Assembly: GCA_051362555.1 (NCBI GenBank)
Contig: CM120642.1
Span: forward strand, 13,392,001 to 13,456,000
Length of the DNA stretch: 64,000 bases
From: Lingula anatina
Lineage: Eukaryota > Animalia > Brachiopoda
Direction: 5' to 3'
Every line of letters starts with the position of its first letter. Position 1 is the first letter of the stretch. This document shows, piece after piece, positions 40,168-53,900 of this stretch. A program made the translations under genes and the position numbers. Below the pieces are notes generated by a model that had not been told where the DNA came from, searched no databases, and was given only the letters and a program-made list of their open reading frames with translations.

Positions 40168-41833
40168 CAGCATTGGTCAAAAAGGTTGTCCCACCCCCAT
40201 TTCCATGTACTTTTATTTACAAATGATCACCTCACAGCTGTGAACTGTTTAAAATAGTGCTTTTTATTACGGATACCGTGTTTAACATGATTAATGGTTT
40301 AAAAAAAATACAAAATAGTGGTGAAAATATACACATTTTATACCATTTAGTAAAATTTATAAGAGGTACCCCCTCAAATCGACTGTTTCACTGTGACTTC
40401 TACAGATGTAAAGAAATGTCTATAAAATTGAAAAGACGCCATCAAATGTCACCAAATTCACACACAATTAGCATTAGGGTGTGCTCGTTAAAGATAAGGT
40501 GCCTAACAGCGTGTGCGTCTACCGCGTACTGCAATTATCTCCTGTAGACGGCGCGACAAGCCTTCAACACGGGTTACAATTCTGTTTTGTGGGATATTGT
40601 CCCATTCTTCTTAAACAAGTTGGGGGAGTTGGTCCACGTTTTTATGGGGTTGGTTCTCCTTTGCATTGCACACTCCAATTCATGTCACAGTTGATTAGTA
40701 AGTTTAATATCAGGGCTCAAAGATGGTGGTTCCATCCTTAGACCATTGTGTTTCTTCAACAAACATTTGCCAGGCGAGAGGTGTGAGCAAGTGTGCAGTC
40801 ATGATAAAGCCTGGAGTTAACCCCAAAGTCAGTTCTTGAAGATGGAATGAGATATCAGCTGAGAATGCTACGTTCAGTGATCCCACAGACACCTGAACCT
40901 GGCCATCCATCACTGGAAGGAAGTCAAGTTTAATGCGGAATCAAATTATTTCTTGTATCCCATCGATGGTCAACGAGGGTCCATAAACATGTTAAAAAAT
41001 GCTTCTTGGAAGGGTGTGTGTAGGGTAATATCGCCTGAGGTGTTAGATCAATCCGCATTTGGAGAACATTCCAAGCCCATGGTATTAGTACATTGTTCCT
41101 TCTGGAACAAAACGTAACAGGGGCATTTTAATGTAACATTCTCAACAGAAATCTCACTCCATTTGCAAGAGGTGACTTCAGGGATGCTACTGGCCTCATT
41201 GTGACAACGCGCTTGCTCACCGCTCTCGTCTGGCAAAGGATTTGTTGCAGAAACACAGGGCTCTGAGGATGGGACAACCGTCCTTGAGCCCTGATATTAA
41301 TCCTACTGAGCACCTGTGGCATAAATTGGAGTGTGCAATGCAAAGGAGAACCAACCCCATAAAAACGTGGACCAACTCCCCCAACTTGTTTAAGAAGAAT
41401 GGGACAATATCCCACAAAACAGAATTGTAACCCGTGTTGAAGGCTTGTCGCGCCGTCTACAGGAGATAATTGCAGTACGCGGTAGACGCACACGCTGTTA
41501 GGCACCTTATCTTTAACGAGCACACCCTAATGCTAATTGTGTGTGAATTTGGTGACATTTGATGGCGTCTTTTCAATTTTATAGACATTTCTTTACATCT
41601 GTAGAAGTCACAGTGAAACAGTCGATTTGAGGGGGTACCTCTTATAAATTTTACTAAATGGTATAAAATGTGTATATTTTCACCACTATTTTGTATTTTT
41701 TAAACCATTAATCATGTTAGACACGGTATCCGTAATAAAAAGCACAATTTTTAACAGTTCACAGCTGTGAGGTGATCATTTGTAAATAAAAGTACATGGA
41801 AATGGGGGTGGGCAACCTTTTTGACCAATGCTG
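40168..41833. mobile_element. Tc1/mariner-derived foldback element with TA TSD and a defective transposase
   Basis: TA|cagcattggtcaaaaagg ... cctttttgaccaatgctg|TA. About 510 bp of near-identical inverted arms (40168-40680 vs 41324-41833). Tc1 DDE C-terminal motif PSLSPDINPTEHLW at ~41278-41320, with a diverged copy on the minus strand near 40690-40735. Confidence 0.9.
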
Positions 41834-42904
41834 TATATGCTTAGACAAAGATACGGTATAAGCACGGACAACGACCCAGATATGACATGCTATTTGACTT
41901 TTAAAAAGATAAACGATTAAGCTGTAAAAAAAAAGGATTCATCGTTTTAAATTGGTAGTTTTAATAGAAATTATACACCGAATAGAGCGCAGATATTTTA
42001 GATTGTATTGCCGCGTTTCAGCTCAAGAATGAACGAATTTACAGCACCGATACTAATCACACAGCACCGAAAATTGATATAAAGATCTCTATGCGTTTCC
42101 TGGTTTAGGTGTGAGTATATATATAGGTCAAACTTTCATCTTAAACACTAAAGATAATAACAGCCGTCAGCATCAACAAAATCAGGTGGGATTTAGACTT
42201 TTTTCTAATTCGTGTACAAACGTCGGTTCTTTAGCAAATTGAATAAAAGGTCACCTTTGCACTACAACCCAAAACAATTTGGAGAACTGCAGAAATCCAG
42301 ATTTTACAATTAGTAAAGTGGAAGTAAACATGCAATGCGGGGAAAAAATGTTTAGGGGAACAAGGTAAGAACTCTAAAAAAGGGCATCCCCTGGATCTGT
42401 AAATTCTGGACCTGGGAATAAGCGTGGTCAGAGTGCTTCAGGCTAAAACAACGGCTTTTTCCATAAACACTTTCCCACATTCAAATTGTGAGACGCTTTT
42501 AGAAGCAGACACACACCTAATAAATATATAACAGATTGTTTTCCAACAGGCTTTTACTAGATTCATATTTATTGAATGTTACAAAATGTACAATTTCATC
42601 ACTTAAGTGAACAGCACGTCTTTAAAGCTTTTTAAATCGGTTTCTCACTTTGATACTGTCTGCTTTACTTCCACAATTTTTTCTCTAAGTTACTGAACAA
42701 TCAAATGAGAAGTTCATCCCAGGTTCCCAGTCAACCATGAACAGTAGGGGAAATCTCCCATTCTAAAGATAACTGAGTAAACGACTCTCTGCTGTCTTGA
42801 TGAGGGCAAGTCCAGTCTTTCTGCCATTTATAGAAAAGAAAACAGGTCCCATTCTCTGTCAAGGAAAATAACATCCATGTGATAACCCTAATGCACTGAG
42901 TTTG

Positions 42905-44924
42905 TTAATCTCGTCTGAGAGGGAAAACTTCAGTTTCTGTGCCATCTTTAGTTGTGACATGTATCATGATGTTATCCCCAGTGTAAATGTCGCGTTCGGC
43001 GGCTGAGATAAACACATCTTTCACCAGAAATACAGCCTTCTCTTTGCTCAGGGGGACTTTAGTGACACCTTCCTGATTCTTGAAGCCAATCTGAAAGATT
43101 AGGGGGTTTGCTTATGAGTATATAGATCTAGATCTATAATTTTACAAAATTGACTCTTACTACAATATCAAGAGCAGAATGTCTTACCACACAAACACAT
43201 AAAAAGTTGTTGGTGTGCAAACACGTGACAAGTACTTTTAAAAAGTTAATAAAAAAATGTAAAGTTTCAATAACATCATCTGTTTTACCTGGTTATCTAG
43301 GAGTGGCTGCAACATAGAACTAGCAGTTCCTCCTGCTCTATAGGCTTCTCTCTCGTAAGATCCTATAGGGTCAAAACTGTACACAGCGCCTTTGCCTAGA
43401 GAATAAAGAGAGGATGTATTTGTTTATGAGAATAACTAACTTAATATGCCTTGACCCTCCTTTTCAAAATTATACCACAAATTAATATACATATGGAAGC
43501 ATGACAATTACCCATCTACCATACCTATGTACAAATAAATAAGAAATGCAAATTTGAAGAGACACAAACAATGAATAAATAAATACATAAATACTCTTTG
43601 AACCAATGTCCTGAACTAAAAATGAATCTAAAACTTAACTTTGTCATAACTTGCTGAAAAGTACCTTGATTTTCATAGGTATTAGATCTAGTAACAATTA
43701 AAAACCTCCTCTCCTTTCCCTCGATGGTGATAAATGTGGGCAAAATCTTTTGACTCTTCAGCAGTGTACTGTATGTGTGGAGGAGAGGTTTGGGGGATAT
43801 GAAGGAAAGACCTTACAAGAGCAATTCAAAACAGCAGTGCACTATTTTTACACTATTCCTCTAAATACAATAAACCCCTGTCCCTTACAAGTTTGGTTTA
43901 TATCAAACAGTAAAATATATGTTCTGGCCATAGGAAACTTTGAACAATATCCAATATACATTACCTTCATCATCTAATCCTCCAATTATATTATATACAT
44001 AGTAAGGAAAGAACCGTCTGTAATATAGGACAGTGGAGAGCATGGCAGCAATGGCAGAGGTACTCATTTGTCTGTTGTGCTCATTTTTGTACATCTGGAA
44101 TGAACAGGTTATGAAACAAATATTAATAGGCCAGTTTGATTTTTGGTATCATTGTGACTTATAACATAACCTTAGATGATACTTGTGCAGGTTCATTATA
44201 AATAAATTTTCTCTTTTAACTTCTGGGAAAAAAATTGACAGACATATATCATACAAACATATATGAACAAGAAATAAAATGCATATGGATCAACTGATGT
44301 ACATCTTAACCTGTAGAAAACAGCTGTTAAAAAGAGTAAGCCATGAAGCGATTTATCAATGGGTAAAAATTGCTAAAATTATAATTATTTCAAAAATGCA
44401 TATATAACTTTACTGTTTATTGTGTACCAATTAAAGAATAAACACTGATGGTCAAAACTTTGTGAGATACACAGTATTTCACACACAGCAAGCAACCCTA
44501 AGCTGGTGATAACTTTTGGGTTTGCAGTAACCAATGAGGTATTGAACTTCCAAATATCTAAAATCACTTGTGGTTTATGAAAACACATTTATAAGGGTGA
44601 CATTTAAATAGCTTACTTTTAACCTAGCCTCTAACAACTTGGTCACTGTGAGAACATCACCATGGAAACCAGTACAACCAAGCACGGTGCTGTTTGTTCT
44701 GTAAATAATCAGCAGTATTGAGAATAACAATATAACCAATTTCTATAAAAAAAGATGAAAACATCTAGTAAACATGATTTTACTTTTTATAGTTCAAGAG
44801 TAAAAGCAAATGAAGCAATGGCGGTACTAGAAATAAATAAAAACATAAATTTATAACCATATAAAACTTTTACTTGTCAGTTGTTAAAAAAAAAATCCCA
44901 GATATACAGTTGTACCCCCCCCCC

Positions 44925-44967
<43 letters not shown>

Positions 44968-46118
44968 GACAACAAATTACAAACTTACAGCTGATATGTT
45001 TTTGGTGAGTCTCTTGTGTGAATGGAAAATCCTTCACTAAGTCTTGTGTCTGATGCAACCACAGCAAAATCTTCACCAGCAATTGCCAATACAGTCCTAA
45101 TGATAAATAACATTGATGTAAAATGACTGCCAGCTAGTGCTTCCACCAAAGTTTTAAACACCACTATCAACATACTTTTAAATACAAGCAGAACACCAGG
45201 GATTGGAAGCAAATGCTCAAATAATCACATCATGGGTTGGGCAATTTCAATTGTACATGTACACATTTCACGACCTTATAGAGTCTTCCCTACTGGGAAA
45301 ATATGTTGCAGAATTATTTGATCAACTGCCTGCATTCAGAAGTCCATTCATGGCTGTCTTTAGTGGAGTGTATAATTTACAGCACTTCCAGTTATGTCAC
45401 TTGACATAACTGGAAGACAAAACAGAGGATCTAATTTTTATCACAGCTCTGTTGATGTTGGCTTTGTGTGTGACTTCAAAAGGTAAGACCTGAGATATGG
45501 ATGCTTTATCACAAATAGCACATATTAGAGACTGTAAATAAGAGTGCCACTAGATGCATCTCTTCTTGAGTGTCCAACATGATGGACTATTTATAAACAA
45601 GTCATTAAAGACTTGTTAAGTTGGATGAATAATATTAACTACCCAGCTTACAATATCGTGCTTAAGTAATATCCTGCTTTCTGGCAAATGGCCCTTTCCT
45701 GTGTTAACTTGTGTCTGGAGTATGTTTCTCTAGTGAAATGTTGAGAATTTAGTATGACTTTTACAATTTTATTTTTCCTTACAAAGGATTATTCAAAAAG
45801 GGACAAAATGACAAAAATGAGTACCCTATGTTCAGTGTTCGCACTCCACCATTAGATCTACTTACAAAAATTAAATAGATATATGTCCAAAGAACCTGTG
45901 CATAACTTAAACAGAAAAAGGGAAATAATAATTATATCAATATTCACTAGCGTTTTATCAATTTGATGTCTTGACACTGACAGTAACAGTAACGACAATG
46001 AAGCAAATTAAGTGAAGTCTCACCCTCCATTCATGGAATATGGACTAAAGTAGTGCTGTTTAGGGTTTGGGCCATACTGATATCCTTCCCCTTTATGTAG
46101 TCCTGGATCCATCTGCAT
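42905..46118 (-). CDS. PSMB1: Proteasome subunit beta type-1 (beta6)
   Basis: Six exons: MQMDPG...[12 protein letters not shown] (46024-46118); [32 protein letters not shown] (~44989-45096); [16 protein letters not shown] (~44617-44698); [31 protein letters not shown] (~43965-44094); [15 protein letters not shown]...[16 protein letters not shown] (~43289-43395); [13 protein letters not shown]...FPLRRD* (42905-43090). Confidence 0.97.
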
Positions 46119-46441
46119 TGTCTTCCAGGTTAATGAACTGAATTCTGAATATGTGCAAATATCGAGCCGGTTTCTGCAGACTCACACTTTCCAAGATGGA
46201 TTCTGAAATCTCGCAGAGTGGGTCACGTGCTTAATATAGATCTAATAGAATTTGCAAGCCGTCGTATTTTTTATTGCAGAATGTATATGAGGATTGAATC
46301 AATAGTAGATACAGATACACTCAGGAAAATAACTACCGCCCAAGCGCCAGATAAACATTTAAAACACAAGTACAAAACATGCGAGATCACGTTCACTTTG
46401 TGCGCAATTATCTGCGCACTTCCTTTTCGGCAAATGCAAAA
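46119..46441. promoter_or_regulatory. Putative bidirectional promoter PSMB1/LSM2
   Basis: Divergent ATGs ~320 bp apart; contains cacgtg (~46224), tgcgca (twice) and cacttcc motifs. Confidence 0.65.
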
Positions 46442-47830
46442 ATGGTGAGAAACGTGTTTTAGAGATTACTATTTGTTTACATTTTGTAATTCAGCGTTTT
46501 GTTCGTAGTGATGTGTGATTAACTGACGTGTGCTTAACCTAAGAAAGTTAAATATCTCTTATATTTTTATTTAGTCACAGGTAATTTGTTTTTCCTCTAC
46601 TGCAAATGTAAATTATTGTGCACATGATAGTGAAGCTGTGTGAACTGTCATGTGTGAGTATGTCATTGTCAGTATTTGTTAAAATAATGCATCATCAAAG
46701 GCGACAATGCTGTTACTGACACCCAGCTAGAATTTTTGTTGTAAAACTCTTTTTGCATTTGTCTGATCATTTTAGGAACCCCCCCCCTCTACTTAATGAG
46801 CCATTTGGATCTTCCAATGCAAATTAACAATCTGATGTGTAAATGTACCAGGTCAATTGACAGAAAAGTCTGTCTTGGAGTAAGTGAAAGGAACACCTGT
46901 TATTTTCATTTTTGCATTTTGGATATATGCAGTTTACATTTTCTGTTTTCAATTTTCAGCTTTTCTACTCATTCTTTAAATCGTTGGTGGGTAAGGACGT
47001 GGTGGTTGAACTGAAGAATGATCTCAGGTATGTTGAAAAAATCTTTAAAAAATTATGGCTCAAGTTGTAATTTTATTTCGTCATACTCAGTTCCGTTCTT
47101 ATGTGAGAGATAGAAGAAGTGAGCATGCACAAAATCAGTGTAGAATTTGATTGTGCACTACTCAGTTGTTGTTTTTCTTTGTGGTTCACTTTTATTTTTA
47201 AATTTCATTTTTAAATTAATTAATTAGAAACATACATGTAGTTTGGTTGCCAATATTAGTATAGAATAATTATTGATATAAAAGAATTAGAAAAAAAAGT
47301 TTAAATTTTTTTTATAATTTCAGTGTCTGTGGCACATTGCATTCTGTAGATCAGTTCTTAAACATCAAATTGACAGAGATCAGTGTCACAGATCCAGACA
47401 AGTACCCACACATGGTAAGTCTGACAGCAGCACTGACTTGGGCATTCACTGCTGAATGTAAGAATTTACAATTTATAAAAGAAATAATACACAATTTGCA
47501 GTTCCTTATATTTGCCTAAATCAATAACAACAATACATATTTTCTTCTTTTGAAACTCTTCTTTTTATAGGAATATTAATAATATTATGTGCTACCCCAG
47601 AATATTATTGATAATGACGAAAGTGTATGACATTGCTTACAGCAATTGTTTAGTATTCCTTTATCAAAATAACACTGGATATTATGCTTTTTTTATTGTA
47701 GTTGTCTGTGAAGAACTGTTTCATCAGAGGTTCTGTGGTGCGTTACGTACAGCTCCCAGCAGACGAGTGCGATACTCAGCTATTACAGGATGCAGCAAGG
47801 AAGGAGGCAGTGCAAAACAAAAAGAGATGA
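46442..47830 (+). CDS. LSM2: U6 snRNA-associated Sm-like protein LSm2
   Basis: ATG-only first coding exon (46442-46444|gtgaga); LFYSFFKSLVGKDVVVELKNDLS (46960-47027); VCGTLHSVDQFLNIKLTEISVTDPDKYPHM (47324-47414); LSVKNCFIRGSVVRYVQLPADECDTQLLQDAARKEAVQNKKR* (47702-47830). Confidence 0.97.
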
Positions 47831-48741
47831 TAGATTGTGTTGACACTTTTGACTTCTTACATTATGACAAAGCTTTGAACTTCTCCTGAAGCATTATGTA
47901 CATAAAACGAAAAAGTCCTTAATGCAAAACAAAGCAATTTTGCTAGCAGATAGTTCTCTGCTGAATTATAGCCTGGTAGTTTCACAGTAGGTTTCAGTTA
48001 TGCAAAAGTTAAGGTACAGTGACATTCATGTTGGTCATGTGGTCACATATTATCTGTTTGAACTCTAATTTACCATGAACACTTATTTACAGAGTAATTT
48101 TCAGTGTTTTTTCACGTGCCAACCTGTGAGCTGAGATTGGCTGCTTAAATGGAGGAATGGACTTTTAAAGTAAACTCACTGATTACCTTATGAGTAATGC
48201 CTCTCTGTTACAGTGATTGAGACTAGTTAGAAGCATGGTTTATAAGTTGGCTGTTTAACTGATCATGTGGTAGAGAAATTAAGTTTCTTTTTATCATTTT
48301 GTCACTAATATGGAGAAAAGAATCGGAAAGAACAACTGATGTTCTTGAACCATACCATTAAAAAACATTTGAGCATTCCGGAATGGAAATCAACTGAGAT
48401 GGACTAAAATTAGGTCTTAAGCACTGATGAAAGTCTGCACACGTTGGGGCTAACTTTTCAACAATAAGGATGAAACTTGGTTAGCTGGGAATTTTGTCTT
48501 AGAAAAAAAACACAAATGTGAGATGCAAAACATGGTGGCTAATTTTGCTGGAACTTGTGAATAGACAGCCAGAAAAATATTGGGGGATAAATTGTCAGCT
48601 TTAATATTTGTTTGTTATTGCACTGCACTCCCTAGTCTACCATTATACCTGACTCACTGAATTCTGCAAAATCTCAATTGATTTTACCCGAAGTCATGGC
48701 AATTTGAATTATCTTGGGTTATTTCCTCTACATGGATAGTC

Positions 48742-48797
<56 letters not shown>

Positions 48798-49638
48798 TAT
48801 TTTTGATTGAATTGATGGTAATTTGTGAATAACTTAGAAGAACCATGTAAAAGTGTGATAGTCACTTTTCATTTAATGTATATATTCTTTCAAGAAAATC
48901 TAGACACGTGATCTTATATATTTTGTTGCAAACTGGTATTAAATGTCATTTGGTATGAAATGTCCCATTCTGCTGCAAATGGCAGACAAAGTATTTGTTA
49001 CTTTCACTTAATAAAGAGAGGAAACAACTGGACATTGCCAAATATATTTCATTGTTAAAAAAGTTCAGATATGATTATGAATATCTTACATTTTAGAAAC
49101 GTGCTATATAAATGTTATTGGGAACGTCTTCACCATGATATATTTAGTTGCTGTTGTAAATTCTAAATCTAACTAGATTGTATGATGTATGATGTAAATA
49201 TCAGAACTTTGAATAAGATTTATGAAAACGTCACTGTACACTTTTATGCATACAGTGTTATACGTTTTCATTTCTACATGAAAAAGCAATAAAGTACAAA
49301 AAATGTTAAAAACATTACTTAAATAATTGTAGTTGATTAAAAAAAAGATATGGACACCAATGATTTAACACATGTAATCTTTATTATTTAAAGAATGTTT
49401 CATCTTAAATTTTCTCTCTTCCTGGCCTCAAAATGCAAAACGCGTTCATAATGGATGACTATCAAATCTAAAGGGGTTAGCTGTAGATGGCACAGGTCAA
49501 ATAAATAAATAAAAAAAAAACAATTATAAGTTGGGCATATGTGACAAGACAACCATCAAAACTGACAAATAGAATATACAGATTAGAAATGGCTGACACA
49601 CTACTAAAAAGCCGTGCCAATGTCTCCACAAATCGTCT

Positions 49639-50826
49639 TCATGATTTCTCACTTTGCTGTTCTAAATGCAACAATTCCTGAATTTTTTCTAGGTTTTCCT
49701 TCCCTGCAATGTCCTCAACACTTAGATTTATGTTTTCATCGGCCAGCATTTTCTTTACTTCCTCTCCTCGAGCTGCCAACATCTCTTCAACATTTCTACA
49801 AAAAATAAGAGTATGCATCAACTTTTATGGAGCATATAATTTTTAATGTCATATTTTTTAAAAATTTGAGTGAAAATTTACTGAAGGAAAATAAATGATA
49901 AAAAAACTGAATTGGAAACATAAAGCACAACGGACATTTTAAAAGCAAGACAAACATCAATATTGTCAGTCAGAAAGATTTCATTTTATGATTTATGATA
50001 GATCCTGAAATATGATTTACCTGTTGACTGTTTCGTCTGTTCACTCTGACAGACTTGGTCACAACTGTCATAAATGAAACCTTTCTGACTATTTAAACTA
50101 AGATCCAATGAAACTATTTTCACATCAATATTGTCAACTAGTACACTGTATGCAATGCAGCCTTGTACATGTACATTCAGGGCATTTTATCATGAATCCC
50201 GTTTTGAAAGTCCTAGACACACTAGCATCATTTCCAATGCCAAATGAAAAGTCTTACCTGTGCTCAAAGTGTTTAAACCATCCCAGGTTATCAGCAATTA
50301 AGTGAAGACTTTCACAACCGGGACATCGTATGATAACAATCCCCTTCTCGTAGGCAAGTTTAGAGAATGTCTTAGCAGCCCTAGTGCTGCACACTTTACA
50401 TGTAAATACCATGGCCAGTCTGGGCTTTACTTGTCCCAGAGATTCCTCATCCTGTGTATCTGAGCTGACATCAGAATCTACATCATTTTTATCAGGTGCT
50501 CCAGTGCCAACGTCGTTTTTCCCAGAGCACCAATATCTATTCTGGCAAAACAACCCTGTATTTTGTTGTGTAAAATTCGAGTTTGAAGACAAAAATGGAG
50601 AACAACATATTCTTTGAGGCGCTGAAATGGACGCCGATCGACAACAAAAGTTTGTTTCCTTTAAGACAGGATCAAATGTTGATCGTCTTCTAACTGTAAA
50701 ACAGAAGGATCTTCGTTTTGGCAACGATGAAAGTCGTGATGATAAAATAGCAATGTTCACTACATAATTACCAAAATATTTTGTTGTCATCTTCCTGGTA
50801 TGTTCTTTAAATACTCCTGTATACAT
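49639..50826 (-). CDS. DNLZ: DNL-type zinc finger protein (Hep1/Tim15), mitochondrial
   Basis: Exon 1 carries zf-DNL: LAMVFTCKVCSTRAAKTFSKLAYEKGIVIIRCPGCESLHLIADNLGWF (donor ~50258). Exon 2: NVEEMLAARGEEV...* (49639-~49795). The start Met is uncertain (50919, 50826 or 50790). Confidence 0.92.
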
Positions 50827-50973
50827 AAAATATATTTCCACCGGATTAGATCGAAAGTTCTGTGCTCTGGTACTCAAAAAGGTGAAAACTCCATCATTAA
50901 TCGTCAACAGTGAGCTCATTGCACATGCAACTTCCTGTCCCACATGACATGCGCAATGTAGAGGTCACCAAAG

Positions 50974-53900
50974 ATGTCAGCGCCCGTGAGAAACGTAACG
51001 CTGGCAGCATACTTGTTTAATACTTGTCGAAAATGTATATTGTCAAGGCAAAGGAATATATCTGTTGCATACCTTATTCAGCAAAGGAGAGGCTACACAC
51101 ATTTAGAAAACGAAGGTGAAATCTGATATATCATATAGATACCAGACTATTACCAGTGCATCAGTTCAATTTTGTTGTCCTTGATGAAAGTTGTCATTTG
51201 ACATTGGTGAAAAATTGTGTGGGCGAGTTTGTGTACAGTACGTGATTTGACATGTCATGAAGCATATCATGTTTGATTATTTGCCATGCGTTGCTTAATG
51301 AGTTTTATGCTGTTATGCTGGAAAATAGTACTAGTAAACCCGTCATACAAGATGGCCATGGATATTCAGTTATGGTTGAAATAATAATTTACTACAGTAT
51401 ACTTGTAATAAAGCAGTTTTGCACTTCTGCAGTATTCCTAAGGAACCCGTACTGGAGACGGTGAAATAAGTAAATGTCCAAACTAATTTATTTGAATGAA
51501 AGAGACATTGATCAGTCACCACATTACTGAATTAAAAAAAAAGACTTAACAGTTGGGATGGAGAATTACTTTTCCCAATAGATAAATAGATAAATATTTA
51601 TGTATGTACTAGTAGATTTAAAAGAAATTCAACTGTGCAGTTATATATATATAGTAAAACTGAAAAAAAAACTGCTTATCTAACCTGAAAAATTGTTTTA
51701 GGTAAATTCTTATCCTGTTAAGTGTCTGACAGAAAATTTACACAGATAATCTGCCTTTACAGATAGCAATAGGACTTATACAGCTGGTCTGAAGGAACCC
51801 TTTCATTCATCATCATCAAACTCCTCTTCCTCTGATTCCTCCTCCTCCTCCTCAGACAGTGACACAGATGATAGGACGGATAAAGATTTCTCTGCACAGT
51901 ACTGCAGCCAGTATGATGTGCTGTATCCTGGTCACATTTCTACTACACTACTACAGAAGTCATTATTGGCTGTAGGCTCAGGGGTCATGGCAATAACAAA
52001 TCCTTGGAGGGATGGTAAGAATGAGAATTTTTGATGAAAAATTATCTTGGTTACCATCAGCTGTAGATAAAAGAAGATAAAAAAACATTGGTTGACTTGT
52101 ATTATTTAAAAATGATCGTAACATTTTTGATATTTTCTTTAGTTTTGTTTACACATTATAAGTTTCTTTATTATGGTACATGTACATATTTGAATTAAAA
52201 GACAAGATCAGGATGTAGCAAGAGGCGGGGTTTCTATATAAATCAATGCCAGACTTGTTAACATGCGCAAGAAAATGTTAGTGTTATAACCACAAATATA
52301 TCTGCATGCTGATCATTTGCTTTAAGAACTTGTATCATTGATCTTGAACTTTACAGATATGATAGCCACATTTGGGGAGACAACTGGTTACTTTTCATTG
52401 CAGTTGATCAGAAGAAACATGCAAAACCACCCTGAGGGGAAACAGATCTTACAGTAAGTGCACATAGACAGAAAATGCAAAGTAGTCTACGAACAGGGGC
52501 ACAAGTCACCCAGTTGATTGTTTAGTTAATGACCGAGTCGGAGGAATTTCGCAGTCAGATGGTTCCAGAAAATAAGTACATGTATAACTAAATGGTAACA
52601 ACTGTTTGTGTGATCATTTAAAGGTGATATGCAGGCCTGTAGTCAGCCAACTCAAAGGGGGTTCTTTTTCTGAAAAAGTGGACTTTTTACCATGAAACCC
52701 TTATGTACGGATATGATGACTGAAATATAATGTAGCTCTCGACTATTTCAGAGAAAAACCAGTGATCAACTCCCGGACAGTGGACCTACAATTCCTAGAG
52801 AATCTACCAGAGAACACATTTGGAAAGCATTACTGGAATTTTTTGAAAACGAATGTAAGAGAAAACACCAGGGTATCAGTGGGGGTTTATTTGGTTTAGT
52901 CCAGAAAAATAGCTTTCCATAAATTAGATCTATTTAATTTGCCATTTTATTAAAATTATGTCCACCCTAGGAATATTCATATCATACCTTCCATACAGGT
53001 TGATGGCATAATATTAAGAAGTATTTGACGCATGGCATTCCTTTCAAAGTGAATTTTCTAATTATGGTCTGCACCCACAAAAAGATATTGTAAGAACCAT
53101 TAAGTCAATCCAGGACTTAAGAAAGATGTCCTGTTTTAAATAAATATGAAAAATAAAAGAAGTATTCAATTTTTATTTAAAATAAATTTCAGGGTTTCAG
53201 TCCAGATGCAAGACTCCCCGTGTCCTTTGTAGACGATGTTGAACTTGCTTATGTGATGTTGCGTTATCGCCAGATCCATGACTTGGTGCACACAGTCTGT
53301 GGCATGAAGCCTAACATGCTGGGCGAAGTGGCAGTGAAGTGGGTGGAGGCATTCCAGACTGGCCTACCAATGTGTGTGCTTGGGGCTGTGTTTGGACCTG
53401 TCAGATTTGGACCAAGGTAAACCCATTGGTGTGTTTGAACCCATTTAAATCTAGGTAGATGTATCTGTGTGTTTGTGTGTGTTTGTAGTTGTATTGAGAG
53501 CTAGCTATTTGAACACAGGTTTGTGATTGTGTTTGCACCTTTCTGTTGGGGACTAGGACAAATACATGTCATTTGGGTCATGCTTGGGCCTATCAGGTTT
53601 GACACAAGTGAAGCATATTTACATAATGCTTCATGCGATGAAACAGGAAATGTTGGAATCCATCTTCTTTTAAGGGCGAAATAATCCAAAAGTGTTTGGA
53701 AAATTAATCAAAACCTTAAGAGATTTAACCATAAGGAATAGTTTGGCCTGTTCAGTTAGCACAGCTAAAATAGGCCAGTTATTTACAAAATTAATGAAAG
53801 CAAATGTATCAAGTGGGTGTTTTTGTTCACTTACAGGTGGCGAAAGAAGTATGCAGAGTTGTATTTGCCATGGTCACTCAAGACGGGATATAATGCAAAT

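Noticed and set aside
40481-41523. Twin ORFs starting MLVKDKVPNSV
   Set aside because: They are antisense readings of the inverted Tc1 arms, not genes.
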